Source of the DNA: Octopus bimaculoides
Lineage: Eukaryota
Direction: 5' to 3'
DNA length: 64,000 nt
NCBI RefSeq assembly: GCF_001194135.2
Contig: NC_068994.1
Coordinates: 60,023,857-60,087,856, forward strand
A program made the position numbers and the translations under genes. Of the stretch, positions 39,350 through 51,889 are shown in pieces. Below the pieces are notes generated by a model. It had not been told where the DNA came from. It searched no databases and saw only the letters and a list, made by a program, of their open reading frames with translations. Numbering within the stretch: position 1 is the first letter of the stretch; every line of letters begins with the position of its first letter.

Positions 39350-40139
39350 NNNNNNNNNNNNNNNNNNNNNNNNNNNNNNNNNNNNNNNNNNNNNNNNNNN
39401 NNNNNNNNNNNNNNNNNNNNNNNNNNNNNNNNNNNNNNNNNNNNNNNNNNNNNNNNNNNNNNNNNNNNNNNNNNNNNNNNNNNNNNNNNNNNNNNNNNNN
39501 NNNNNNNNNNNNNNNNNNNNNNNNNNNNNNNNNNNNNNNNNNNNNNNNNNNNNNNNNNNNNNNNNNNNNNNNNNNNNNNNNNNNNNNNNNNNNNNNNNNN
39601 NNNNNNNNNNNNNNNNNNNNNNNNNNNNNNNNNNNNNNNNNNNNNNNNNNNNNNNNNNNNNNNNNNNNNNNNNNNNNNNNNNNNNNNNNNNNNNNNNNNN
39701 NNNNNNNNNNNNNNNNNNNNNNNNNNNNNNNNNNNNNNNNNNNNNNNNNNNNNNNNNNNNNNNNNNNNNNNNNNNNNNNNNNNNNNNNNNNNNNNNNNNN
39801 NNNNNNNNNNNNNNNNNNNNNNNNNNNNNNNNNNNNNNNNNNNNNNNNNNNNNNNNNNNNNNNNNNNNNNNNNNNNNNNNNNNNNNNNNNNNNNNNNNNN
39901 NNNNNNNNNNNNNNNNNNNNNNNNNNNNNNNNNNNNNNNNNNNNNNNNNNNNNNNNNNNNNNNNNNNNNNNNNNNNNNNNNNNNNNNNNNNNNNNNNNNN
40001 NNNNNNNNNNNNNNNNNNNNNNNNNNNNNNNNNNNNNNNNNNNNNNNNNNNNNNNNNNNNNNNNNNNNNNNNNNNNNNNNNNNNNNNNNNNNNNNNNNNN
40101 NNNNNNNNNNNNNNNNNNNNNNNNNNNNNNNNNNNNNNN
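39350..40139. other. Assembly gap (largest)
   Basis: N run; other gaps at 9577-9659, 11372-11439, 20661-21009, 37155-37223, 38699-38936, 48326-48422 and 61331-61340. Confidence 1.
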
Positions 40140-40276
40140 AAATTTCCCCAAGACACCTGACGAAGGCTGGAGGGTATATCAGCCGAAACATTGTGTTAAC
40201 AACAAACAAGATGAGGACAAATATTCGTTGAATGTAAATAATGTAAATAATTCCTCATCTCTTAAATATAGAACTG

Positions 40277-40277
<1 letters not shown>
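40140..40277 (+). mobile_element. Penelope-like pLTR (5' part hidden in gap)
   Basis: Same sequence as the 6.6-kb element; ends AAATATAGAACTGT, followed by (TA)n. Confidence 0.8.
40152..40197 (+). ncRNA. Minimal type I hammerhead ribozyme motif (Penelope type)
   Basis: GACAC CUGACGA A GGCUG GAGGGUAUAU CAGCC GAAAC AUU GUGUU: perfect 5-bp helix II and helix I; G16.2>A relative to the 6.7-kb copy (CpG-decay pattern). Confidence 0.8.
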
Positions 40278-40321
<44 letters not shown>

Positions 40322-40326
40322 ATATA

Positions 40327-40357
<31 letters not shown>

Positions 40358-43099
40358 GTCAATCTCAAAAGAACCTGAACATGGAACAATTTATTTTGTT
40401 CAGTAACGACACTAATTTTATAGAGGAAAATATATTAATTCAACCAAATTCATTATTTTGTTGGGACTTATCCAATTCAGTTTTCAAAAAAAGCAATTTA
40501 CTGTTTAATTCAACTTGTGCCAATATCAAGACAAATTTTATCATCATTGATATTGGTATTGTAGAAATTAGAGATTTTGTTAGTGTCATAGCTGGCCTGC
40601 ATACAATTTCCTAACAGTTTCCGTTCACTTCATTAAAATATATTATCTACCACCTAATATACTTTCTACAAATTACTTTTGCACTTTAATTATACACACT
40701 GGAAACTTGTAGCTTCACTATACCAAATGGTACACAGAGAGGTCTACATAAATTCCATACCAGCTCAGACTGAAAATATACTTCTTGAAATCAACTAACA
40801 CATGGTTTAGTTAATTAGCTCAGTTACTGGGTTTCATTATCAATATGGTCCATTAATGAAATGTAATTAATAGCACATATCTTTAAACAATTCCAACTGC
40901 CTCGTTTCAACCACAGAATATATCTGCCAGTCAGGTCCTCACTTGTTCCAAAGTCCAGCACATCAATCCTGATATGTCACACTGACATTAGTTTAACTTC
41001 ACTAATCACATATTAGAAGAACATACCAAAGTTTAGTTAAATGATAAAAGTAAAATGACAATCATTACCTAAAACTATAAAAAAAAGGTCCAAGAGGATA
41101 GTGATACTGAAGTGAATTATCATTGAAGGAATATAATAACTAGAGGCTAAAACCAATGTTTGTCAAATACCAAAAATATGATAAAAGAAACAAAACTTCA
41201 TTACTAAAATAACTTGCACCTAGAAAACTGATTGAAAGATAGATCTACTATTGAAGAGGAGGATGAGTAGAAGCCTTTTGCCTAGAGGACAAAAGATTAT
41301 TATTATTGTATTTGATAAGTACTTGTCTTTACTAGTATTTATTATCATTAGTAGTATAATACTAAGTTTTAGTACCATACAGATTAAACCAGATTTTCTT
41401 AAACAGCTAATGTTACAAAAAATTCTAACATCTCCAAAGCTAATAATTTCAAGAAGTAGAATTTCTTGCAAAGAAAAAAAATTTTTTATTCCTTGTCTTT
41501 GGAAGCAAACAAAGCAACTTGAAGCAAGGACTGGCCAAATGATAATATTGGGTTACTGATAATGTATTGCTGCACTTACTAATCCAACTGGATGAAATAT
41601 TTCAATAATTTTCTAAACATTTTTCATTCTCTGTTTCAAAATGGAAAATTTATCAAGGTTTTATATGGGAGAATGAAATAAGGCCTGACACATTCCACCC
41701 TAAGAAAGTTAACAGGAATTTTGTGATTTACTTAAACCAGAGGGCAATGGGAAGGAGCAAGAAAAAAACAAAAACATCAAAAGTTAAACTATTTTTTCTA
41801 TACAAAATAAAATAGAATTTATAAAATATAAACCTGAAATAATATCTTACACTCCAAAGAGCCTTTCACTGACTTATCTCTCTTAACTAAAAACATATCA
41901 GCAATAGAATCAGTAGGCTGACAAATAAGTTGACATCTCATGGTTCTTTGGTACAAATCTTATTTTCCATCTCCAGTGGTAGATGGCACTCAAAAAGCAT
42001 ACAATGGTATTTGTTGTTTGGCAAATGATGCTTAGCTATTGTGATAACTAATAACTTGAAGCCAACATAATCTCAACAATATGAAAGGTCACATGTTATG
42101 AGAGCCCTCTAACCTGTCCTTCAAATTAGTCTTTTGTGGCAATTTCAACTTGTAATATCGCCACTACATGTAGGAGTGGTAGTAATAACAGGAATCAACT
42201 ATCATTTTACTTAGAATACACAATTCCATATCAACAAAGCCAAATCTATGTTCCGTTTCTCTGTTTCGAGTTCTGGTAAAAAATACTAAAAAAAAGTATC
42301 TAACTGATGAGTGGAAATGCCAATAGAGAAACAATTATTCAACTTTAGTTAATTAACAAAGACAAATTATATTAAAGTATTAAGAGTGAAATAGGATTTG
42401 TGCATTGACACAGACAAAAGTTCCATCTCTATCTCCAATTAAAAAGATCAACACCATTGAAAGACAACTGGAAGACATTATTTACGTGTGATGAATACGC
42501 TGTCACCAATTCAGTTTCTAACTTACAAAAGATAAATGTAACCTCAAATAAATACCCAAAGACTTACGGTAAATGTCCTGAAACCTTGACCTTAATGAAA
42601 TGAAGCAGCTATCATCAAAAATGAAAACCCAAGTCAAACAACTCAATCTTCTTGGGTTTTACAAAAGCATAAAAAATGATAAAACCATTATAGATTCTCT
42701 CAACACAGACACCTAGATTTGCCTAATACATACAGTAATCAGAGTAATTTGGAAATAAGATTCCATTTCTCTTACAATGTATCAACATCAAAGCATTCTA
42801 TTTCCAAATCATTGAATCTATCTTTCTGTATCTAATCAAAAGAAACTTTTAGAATACAGAGTAAAAATAACTAACTTTACAAAAACATGAAAATCACAAA
42901 AGCATCATTTCAATATCTTTATAACAACAATGCAATACATTAGTTAGTCTGTAATGGGCTGGCCTAATAGGGTTAACTCCACAACTAATATCAAATTTTA
43001 TTTACTCCATCTTCATATCTAAAGACGTGAGTATAGCCCCTCCCTCCCACCAAACCAATAAAAAAAGTTGAAGATCGATAAATTTGTTGAGAGACTTAC

Positions 43100-43166
43100 C
43101 AATAGAATCAATAAATTTGCTTGAGGGGCTGGAAGGCCCATTCACCTGGTGAGCAGTCTCAGTCAT
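43100..43166 (-). CDS. add1: Adducin, first coding exon (MTETAHQVNGPSSPSSKFIDSI + 1 nt)
   Basis: ATG at 43166-43164; 67 nt; donor G|GTAAGT at 43099; phase 1 joins in frame to exon 17983 giving KFIDSIDPDDPEY, matching alpha-adducin RYFDRVDENNPEY. Too short to appear in the ORF track. Confidence 0.88.
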
Positions 43167-43190
43167 TTCTGACTAATTAACTCTCCACCT
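43167..43190 (-). other. add1: 5'UTR portion of the adducin start-codon exon
   Basis: Polypyrimidine tract and acceptor (TTTTTTTTTCTTTACAG|AGG) ending at 43191, 24 nt upstream of the ATG; implies an upstream non-coding exon. Confidence 0.7.
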
Positions 43191-44005
43191 CTGTAAAGAA
43201 AAAAAATGGGTATACAATTAGTGAGTGTGTATACATTTATCTATTGAATACAGGTTATGTGCAAAGGCTAGAAAGAATAGATGCAATCATGCTCCAATGG
43301 ATGTGTAATGTTTGTGTACATGAATGCCATGGTACAAATGTGACACAAGAACTGGATAAAAGAGAAATTAAATGTATGCATTGGTGTGAGCACGTGATAC
43401 ATCTGGAGATGGTTTGTGGATAAGGAAGTGCCAGACACGGGGGGGGGGTCACAGTGGTGAAGGCTGACTTGGAGTGCTGAATCTTATGAAAGAAATGTTT
43501 GTTGATACACAATGCTGCTCAAGACCCAACCACCCTCTGAATCCTCGCTGCTCTCTCATCTATTTTCTCTCCCATGTTTCTCCCCCCCCCCCTCACACCT
43601 TCCATCCATACTTGCTCTTATGAGGGATAGCACTGGATACCCCTTACCAACCCATCTCTCTCTTTCCCACTAGCACTAATCCCTTTGCCTTCTTCCTCCC
43701 CTTAACCAGTAAGCAACTTTAAATCGTTTTCTCTCATCATACTTCACCAGCTCTCAGCACTTTGCTGAAAACCATCTCTCTCACACACACACAATTTTCC
43801 TTCAGTGATAGGGGCCCCTTTTAGCCTTGCAAATTGCAAGGTGACTTCTGTTAGGAAGGGCATCAAGCCATATTAATCATGCCAAAATGGACAACGAAGC
43901 ACAATGCAATTCTCTAACTTGTTGGATCAATTCAAACCCAGCCAACCCATATCAACATGTAAAACAAACATTAAATGATGATAATGTATAGCAATGATAT
44001 ATTTA

Positions 44006-44067
<62 letters not shown>

Positions 44068-44070
<3 letters not shown>

Positions 44071-44325
44071 CAGCCCTCCAGAACGACAGATTGAGGACAC
44101 ACCCACTTCAAATTTCTTATATGCTGGTATTTTTGATATTAGAAATTTTAGTTGTTCATGACCTGTTGATTAATCGACAAGTACTGATCGTTTGGGGATT
44201 CGGTACCCTGACGAGTTAGGAGTTTCTTTGTAGCATATTGCATAAATCTAATTAAAGTATGCATATGTTACAATAAAAACTCCTAATGAAATAATTGTAG
44301 CAATACCAGATAATAAATTCGTCTT
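44068..44325 (+). mobile_element. HHR-bearing element (Penelope pLTR- or retrozyme-like) between (TA)n and (CA)n
   Basis: CpG-retaining 260-bp unit with a near-palindrome at 44161-44182, an HHR core and AATAAA at 44312; element class is inferred. Confidence 0.5.
44198..44311 (+). ncRNA. Hammerhead ribozyme motif with greatly extended helix II
   Basis: CUGACGA (44208-44214), 73-nt hairpin of about 29 bp (44215-44287), GAAA (44288-44291), U-AAUU-G helix III with palindromic loop, GUA triplet (44297-44299), interrupted helix I GGUA/UACC. Confidence 0.7.
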
Positions 44326-45929
44326 TCACACACACACACAGAGCAATTAAAAGAGGAAATTTAATAATCTAAAGCAGACTTTATAAAAAACAATAATAAC
44401 AAAATAAAAGGGTTGGGAGTAAAAACATTTCTTCGCCTTCTCTGCTCTAATTTTCTGAATAACTAAAACAGGAGCAAAATAGGAATGGTATGTTAGCTAT
44501 CTCTCAAATTACATAGACCAGCCATAGAGTAAGACAACAAACAGTGCCTGCTACAATGTAACATTAATGAAAGAGTTGGGCAAACCCAGGGCACTGCTAT
44601 ATGTCAGAAAGTGGGAGAGGGGGGGGTAGAATGCTATTAAATATCAAGAGGGTGCTGATGGCAATGGTGGAGGAGTGAAACATTTCTAATGACAGATTGA
44701 AACTAGATGTGTCACAATAAGTAGAGAGGGCAGCTTTTAAATTCCACATTTCAAACAAATCTATGAGAAAAATTTTCGAATAGGTCAGTCAATGACCTTA
44801 CTTCTGTCGGTCACTAATAATGGTCCTAATGGACGGCTAGTTAGGAACACAAGTACAACTCATTCCAGAAATACTATACAGTTTTGTTTTATAATTACTT
44901 GCAAATAATAATAAAACAGTGCACACGCACACATGTGTACACGCCACCTGTCTCTTGTTCCAGAAACAACACCTGATTCCTGATTCTCTCAGATACTTTA
45001 TTAACCAACCTGAGCTCAAAAGTTATCTTAAACTGGGGTAGAGCAGAAATTCTTTCCACTTCCTTTCTGTTATGTATTTTCTTAGTAGTAGTAGTAGCTG
45101 CAGCAGTATTCTCTGCTGCAGCAGTTTGTTGCTAACTTATTTAGTTGTTTGTATGAACTGCAGTCCATAGTTTCTCTCAGCATGTATGCTGCAGTCTGCA
45201 CCATAAAACCTATGAGCTTGGAAGCCAATTGATACTAAGCAGGGATTCCAAAGAAACATTTAATACTGGTTTATCAATTTTAAAACTATTAAATGACCAA
45301 CAAAAAATACTTCTGGAAATATTTAGCCATCTTTAATTCATTTAAATAAACTTTACTAAATCAAACTCATAACAACATATCACAATTGACGTGTATTCTC
45401 ATAGAATGTGTCATTTAGTAAATGTGTTGCCAAATATAAAGAACTGTTTTGAAAGAAGTCTTCAAATAAGTACACTAAATGAAATACACAAGAGTTGACT
45501 AAATTTCAGTATCATGTAAAGAGAAACAAATTCTATAACTGTACAAAAGAAACAAAATAATGTGTGCTGTAACAGTGTGTTGCTACGTCTATCATTTGTT
45601 GGTGATAGCCTACTACTCCTGGTGAATAATAACTTTGCCCCCTTCAGGCAACCACTCTCAAACCTATGGGTCTGTTTGGGGCAGTCACTGCTGGTGAGAG
45701 TTATATGAAGTTGGGTTGCAAATCCTACCTCGACCTCTTTTAGTTGCCTTTTACGACATGCAGAGGAAATGTAGGATCTATTCTTTGGCATGCTGGTCCA
45801 CACAGCACTAGAGCACCATGAAATGAAATGTTTTACTCAAGAATACAACATTCCACCCGGTTCAAGAATCAAACCCACTAGACCATGCACCTGCACTATA
45901 TTGGTATCCAGTAAAATATTTCCTGTACA

Positions 45930-46250
45930 CATATGATCACATCTAGCATGCTGGTGTAAGTTAGACAGTTTGACAGGAGCTGACCAGGCTCCAGATCTGT
46001 TCGGGCATGGATGCCCTTCCTAACACCAACCACTGTACAGAGTGTACTGGGTGCTTCTACACAGCACCAGCATGGGTGCATTTACATGGCACTGGTACGG
46101 CTGCTTTTTACATGGCACCAGCACCCAAAAGCCTGCAAGATTAGGAATGCTCAGCTGGAGAGGGATGCAAGGTCAACCACAATTTTACTTAGCTTGACAT
46201 GTCTTCTCAAGCACAGCAAACGGCCAGGAGTTTTGATTCCCTGTTTGATC
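45930..46250 (-). mobile_element. RTE 3' tail and ORF end
   Basis: Reverse complement of the tail motifs plus CTTAGCTTGACATGTCTTCTCAAGCACAGC (AVLEKT end). Confidence 0.65.
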
Positions 46251-48429
46251 CCATCTGTGAGGCCCAAGTTCAAATTCCACTGAAGTCAACTTTACCTTTC
46301 ATCCTTTCAGGGACATAAGTACCAGTCAACCACTCGGGGAAATGTAATCAACTGGTTCCATACCCTACAATTTCAGGCCTTGTGCCTACAGTAGAAAGGA
46401 TTACCACTGAAACTACTACTACTACTACTACTACTGCATAGAGCAACTTAACATTCTGTACAGAAAATATTTGATATGTAAATCAATTTAGAACCATATT
46501 TGTTTCCTTTTCTTAGCTTTTATTAATAAGTTTCAAACATTCAGCTTATTATTGCATTTTCCATTTAATTTGATAATTTGGTGCTAACATTTACAGCTAT
46601 GTTCAGTGTAAACCAGAAATCTGGGTGGAAAAATGAGTTAAAGCTAAGAGGAGTGGCTCTGTTTGAAGATATAAAAGTTATAAGTTATCAAAATATGAAA
46701 GCCAGCCAACTCCCAGTTGTATATCAGTCAACAATAGAAGTAGCTGGGGTTTCTGTTACTATAGAGAACAATCAAATGTAAAGAGATGAATAATAATGAT
46801 AACAATAATAAATTAATTCATTTACTGAGAATAAAACCTAAAATTACACACATGTGAACTTCCTATAAACCCATTAGGGCCAAATGGAGTTGACAGCTTT
46901 TCTCAATAGATCCAGAGGAGAAGTTAAAAATTCCTCACAGCAACCAACAGTACTTGAAATATGCAACTCTGGAGCACATCAGGGTGAGCAATTTGAGAAT
47001 TGTGTTTGTGATAAATATAACACAATGTTACTTACAGGGTACATATTATCACCTGGGTATCTAGGACTGTTGAGGTTCTCAATGTAGGCACATACAGTGT
47101 GTGTGAGGATTTAGTTGTTCTAAGTGATGGAGTATTCCAGGTATATGTACCCTGGCTCAGCAGGATACAACACTGGACATTTGAATTACTGGTACAGTCT
47201 ATCCAATGGGCTTCCACACAGTTTCCTTCTCTCAATTTCCACTCACTGGGCTTGGATTGACCCATGGCAATAATAAAAAAACACTTGCCCAAGATGCTAT
47301 GCAACAGGATCAAAGCAAGGGCTTTGTAATTAATGCTGTGCCCATTTAATATCAACTGACAGGAGGTGCATGTGCCTCTAAATGTGCAACAAATACAGCT
47401 ACGAAAATTAACCAATTTCTTAAAAGCCAAGAAATCCCCTTATCAATAACTTCAACACTCCATCTGTGGCTGCACTGTCAAAGTGGACATCCAGCCCAAC
47501 TCATCACTACCACCATTTACTATGGTCAAGAACAACTGGGCAACTCTGGTCATCCTAAAACAGTTTAGATACCAAATAATGGGTGTCTCAGTTGTAGGAG
47601 TAAAAAAACAAATTGATATGACTGATGGTTTATAACAAATCCACCCGTGACAATAATTGTGCTAAAAACAAAAATACCACAGGATTAAAAACAGATAAAC
47701 CACAAAGGAAAGAAAGTGCTATGTCCATAGCATGTAACCGTTTGCCTGAGTAGGTAATAACACATTGGTCTACTGATTGGTATATTCCCCCAAGTTCAAA
47801 TGACTACGGTACACAAAGCTGAGGAACAGGAGCTTTAGTTAGACATCTCCTCCATTGTAAAACTGTGCAACTTCATAATTTGACAACATTGGGAAATTTA
47901 TTGAAATGAAAAACAATAATTTTACTAAGCTTAACCAGAAAAAGGAAAAAAAGGAAAAGACATCTATACAACAATGACCATGAAATGAGTATTTTCAACA
48001 AGATGAAGCTGCTTATTTTGTGTGTTATCAACTAAAAGCTAATTACCACTTAACTTTTAAATTGCCGAAAGTTTCTTGTCTAAGTCTTTATTTTCAAGAG
48101 ACAAAAATATTTTTGGCAGGTTTTTTAGAAAGGTTCAAAGAAGATTGTTCTGTGAGACATTTTAAAAACTGTTATTAAGACTACCGTCAGTAATTAGGTG
48201 TAGTTCCCCCGCTATTCACACTTAATAGTTGAGGTCTCTCCTACAGTCATACAAGTCAAACATGTTAAGATTAATGTAACTACTAATCAGGTAACGATGT
48301 AAATGATAACACCCTCACCACTAAANNNNNNNNNNNNNNNNNNNNNNNNNNNNNNNNNNNNNNNNNNNNNNNNNNNNNNNNNNNNNNNNNNNNNNNNNNN
48401 NNNNNNNNNNNNNNNNNNNNNNTATATAT

Positions 48430-49000
48430 ATATATATGAGCCCTGCATCATATCACTTAAAATTTACCAAACAGCAAAGAGAAATGAGTTGATCAAGTAC
48501 ACTCAACACCATCAGATTAGGTAAAGGGCTCAAAAATAGGTGCTTTGAGTATGAACCATGGGTAGCTGTGCATGGATACATATCTTACAAGCTACAGAAT
48601 ACCAACAACATTGACAAGAATAGCAGCCTCTCCTGGAGCTGTGATAGACATCACAGCTCACCTAAGAGGCTATACGTTTACTACCCAGGAACAGGAGACA
48701 AGCTACTAAAACATCTCATCAACATGATAAGGATGCTTCTAAACCTCCATGTTGTGATACAAAATGTATGGAAGATATCACACAGATCAGCAGCAGCTGT
48801 CCAAAAATGTCTGCAAGATACAACCGTCTCATAAGACAGAGCACTGATGCTAAAACTATCTACTATGCTGTCTGCAAGAAGGACTGTCCCAATAACCAAT
48901 ACTAAAGGTACAACAGAACCAGAATGGATCCAGACGTTTTGAAATTAAGACTACTGGTAAAACATTCCCATAAAAACAGCAGTCTTGTGTAAGCACAATA
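48430..49000 (+). mobile_element. R4/Dong-like RLE non-LTR retrotransposon, C-terminal fragment
   Basis: Frameshifted motifs GYTFTTQEQE, DTKC..EDITQISSSCPKMSARY (eroded CCHC knuckle), AKTIYYAVCKKDCP and W*NIPIKTAVLCKHNK, which precedes the PD nuclease motif in this clade. Confidence 0.65.
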
Positions 49001-49559
49001 AAGTTAGCCCTATTCAACTACAATTTCTTGGTAATAATTCACTGAGAGTTGATACACTATCTTTCAACACTCACAGATATACTAACCCAACCACCACTAA
49101 ATTTAAATTGAACATATTGTCCACTAGCACAACACTGACAAATGTTTCCTAATTCATGACCAAATACAGACTTCATTCTTAAAAGCTTGGGTATTCTGAA
49201 GTAATGTCTACCATAACAACTCATTGTATACTTGGGAAACAAGGGGCCTTTCACATTTAATAAACTTAATGTTTATGAGAGATGAATGAAAGTGAGAAAG
49301 AAGGACTAAGTCATTCAGAAGTCACAGAACAGAGAGTAGTAGAGAGAGAGCAGGGAGAGAATAAATTCATATAGTAAACAAATTAAGGGTTAATTAGGTG
49401 TGGAGGAGGGGGTAGAAAGGAATGGTACATTTCTGAGAGGGGTTTAAAAGTAAATGATACACGATGTATACTGGTGATATATCACCTGCCTTAACTCCTT
49501 ATTTTTCTCACTCTCCCATTATTATACCATATTATGATAGGACCATTGGTGAGGTATTC

Positions 49560-50427
49560 AGAATTATCTCAGAACAACTGCCACAATATTTCATAACAAG
49601 GAACAGCTAAAGTTATACCATTGATGGTCTTAATATTCATGATCACTCTGCCATGATTTGGAGAATGTGAGCTGACCAAATAACCAACATTGAACATACA
49701 CCTTAGCAACACTGGTACTCAAAAGATGGTGATGGCTGCGAGACGTGGTAATTATCTAGTTAACTCAGATTTTGACTGGTTTAATGAGGACTCAATACAT
49801 GGAAGAGAGAACAGGCAACTATGATGGTCCTCTGGAGCACATTTGTCCTCAGCTGCTTAGACTTTTGCTCCCAGTTGCTATGGTCACCACATGGGGTTAA
49901 GATAACAGTGGAACTCAAAACAGTCCAGTAATGCTACACTAGGATCTCAAAGCAACAGGTCAGATACTGGGGGGAGGCTGGAAATGTTAAGACCCTACTC
50001 TCTGGGATGAAGGCAGGAAAGATATGCAGTGATATGCATCTGGAAAATCCAGGAAAGATTGGTACCAAACTTTGGCATTGAAAGTTAGACAAACACCAGA
50101 ATGGGGTGTCACTACATAGCACCAAAGATGCCAACATTACCATCAAGATACAGGACCTGACAGCACAACAGCTTGGATCTCATGGTCCCATTGCTCTTCA
50201 ATATCCTCTCACGAAGCCTGAGAGACCTGCATGTGATGGATGTAGGTATCTGCAAAACAGAATTGAATCTCCTCTTGTCAAGAAATATAAATGAGGGCTG
50301 CAATATCAGACTCCCTCATTCACCAAATGCCACAGGTCAGAGACGGGCTGAAGTAATGATATTATAGCAAAACTAATGGCAGCGCCTCAGCATGACCACA
50401 GCTCTTGAGCTGAAACAAGAGTATATA
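49560..50427 (+). mobile_element. CR1/L2-group LINE, RT C-terminus plus 3' tail
   Basis: Frameshifted REQATMMVLWSTFVLSCLDFCSQLLWSPH, YWGRLEMLRPYSL, RQERYAVICIWKI, VPNFGIES and LLFNILSRSLRDLH. Confidence 0.75.
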
Positions 50428-51889
50428 AACACACACACACACACACACATGTAAACACATGCAAATACACACACAATATGTATCACCTGGTTTTTAACTG
50501 AAGAACAACAAATGAGAACTTTTAGAAAAAAATGTTTTGTCAACTCAAAGTATCTTTTCTACATTTTTTTTTCAAATTCTGCAACATAAAAATCATTTTT
50601 TTTAAGTAGCTCAAATTAATTAGCTTCAATCCAATATAAGCCAGGAATAAATTAACACCAGTTAACTTGTGACTGGTGTATTCCAACACCCTTAATGAAT
50701 ACTTGAAAAAATTCTTCCTTTCTCTTTATGTTCAATTATTGTAAAAAAAAAAAAAAATTTTTCCTTTTTTTCAATTCCCACATGCTGAATTAGGCAAACA
50801 TTCTATACTAAATAATATTTATAACTATAAACAAATAATCTCACACACACACACAAACAGATATCCTGCATTAAATTAGCAACAAACACAGATACTGTTA
50901 TGTTATCAGCAGATGAAATAGAAAACTGAAGTAGATAATATGTAGTTGATAATATGCTAACAAACAGCTGAAGGGAAGTTGAAAAAAAGGTAGAGCCAGC
51001 CTTGGAGCTTGTAAGGACCACAATAGTTTTTAAAGCTGTATTCAGAAGGTCAGCATCAGTTTAAAGCTGATTAAAACACAAGATAGAACAAAATGGTATT
51101 TATAAATAGTTCAGCTCAGCTAAACTTATCAGTTCATGACTAAGAGCTGAAAGCAAAAGGCTACCAACAGGCAGTCTTCGTATCAGTTTCAAAACTGCCG
51201 GATTCATTACATTTGTCAGAGGCTGCTTGGCAGAGAACATTTAGCTATGGATTGCAGCTAGTTTCATATTTATCTGAATGCTCTAGGCCCGCAATTAATA
51301 TATAACAGCCTACTACATATTAAAACTTTCACAAGGAACAAATGTAAAAAAAACCCTGCCATAATACTTAGAATATGTGTAAAAATTAGACATAATTACA
51401 CAAGAAATATTGAGTAATTCTACACTAAAGACACATAAGTATCCAAGTTCCCTACATTACAGTTATTATTCAATGAATGTTAAAGCCTAACAGAGGAAAT
51501 ATTTTGGAAAGGTTGGTAACAAACAGAAGAAAGTGCAAAAATTCCATCATAACCATTGATTAAGTTTTAGTTTTAATTTAACAAAGTTGTTTCTGTGAAT
51601 GAATAATGATGGTTGAGAAGACAAGTGAAAGAGAAAAATATTTCAGCCAATGAGAAGGCTGTTAGCCGAAGGATTTAGTAAGCTAAATGTTCATTGGTTG
51701 TTTTAAACATTAGTCATGTTAACAATCATTGAATCACCATCAATAGTTTGAAGAATAGGATATTTGTTTAAACTACGAATCTATAACAAGTGGAAAAAAA
51801 AAAAAGACAACGAGAGGGGATAGTCATGTAGATAATTTATAAATTGGAATAAATTGGTGATATTTTTTGAAGTCTCAACATATCCCAAT

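Noticed and set aside
38594-40320. Long ORFs (160-350 aa) in the ORF track
   Set aside because: They consist almost entirely of N-gap and microsatellite translation.
42295-42350. CTGATGAG...GAAACAATTATT
   Set aside because: No closing helix II and no helix I complement.
49874-49887. RFX X-box match GTTGCTATGGTCAC
   Set aside because: Lies within LINE coding sequence (QLLWSP); no independent support.
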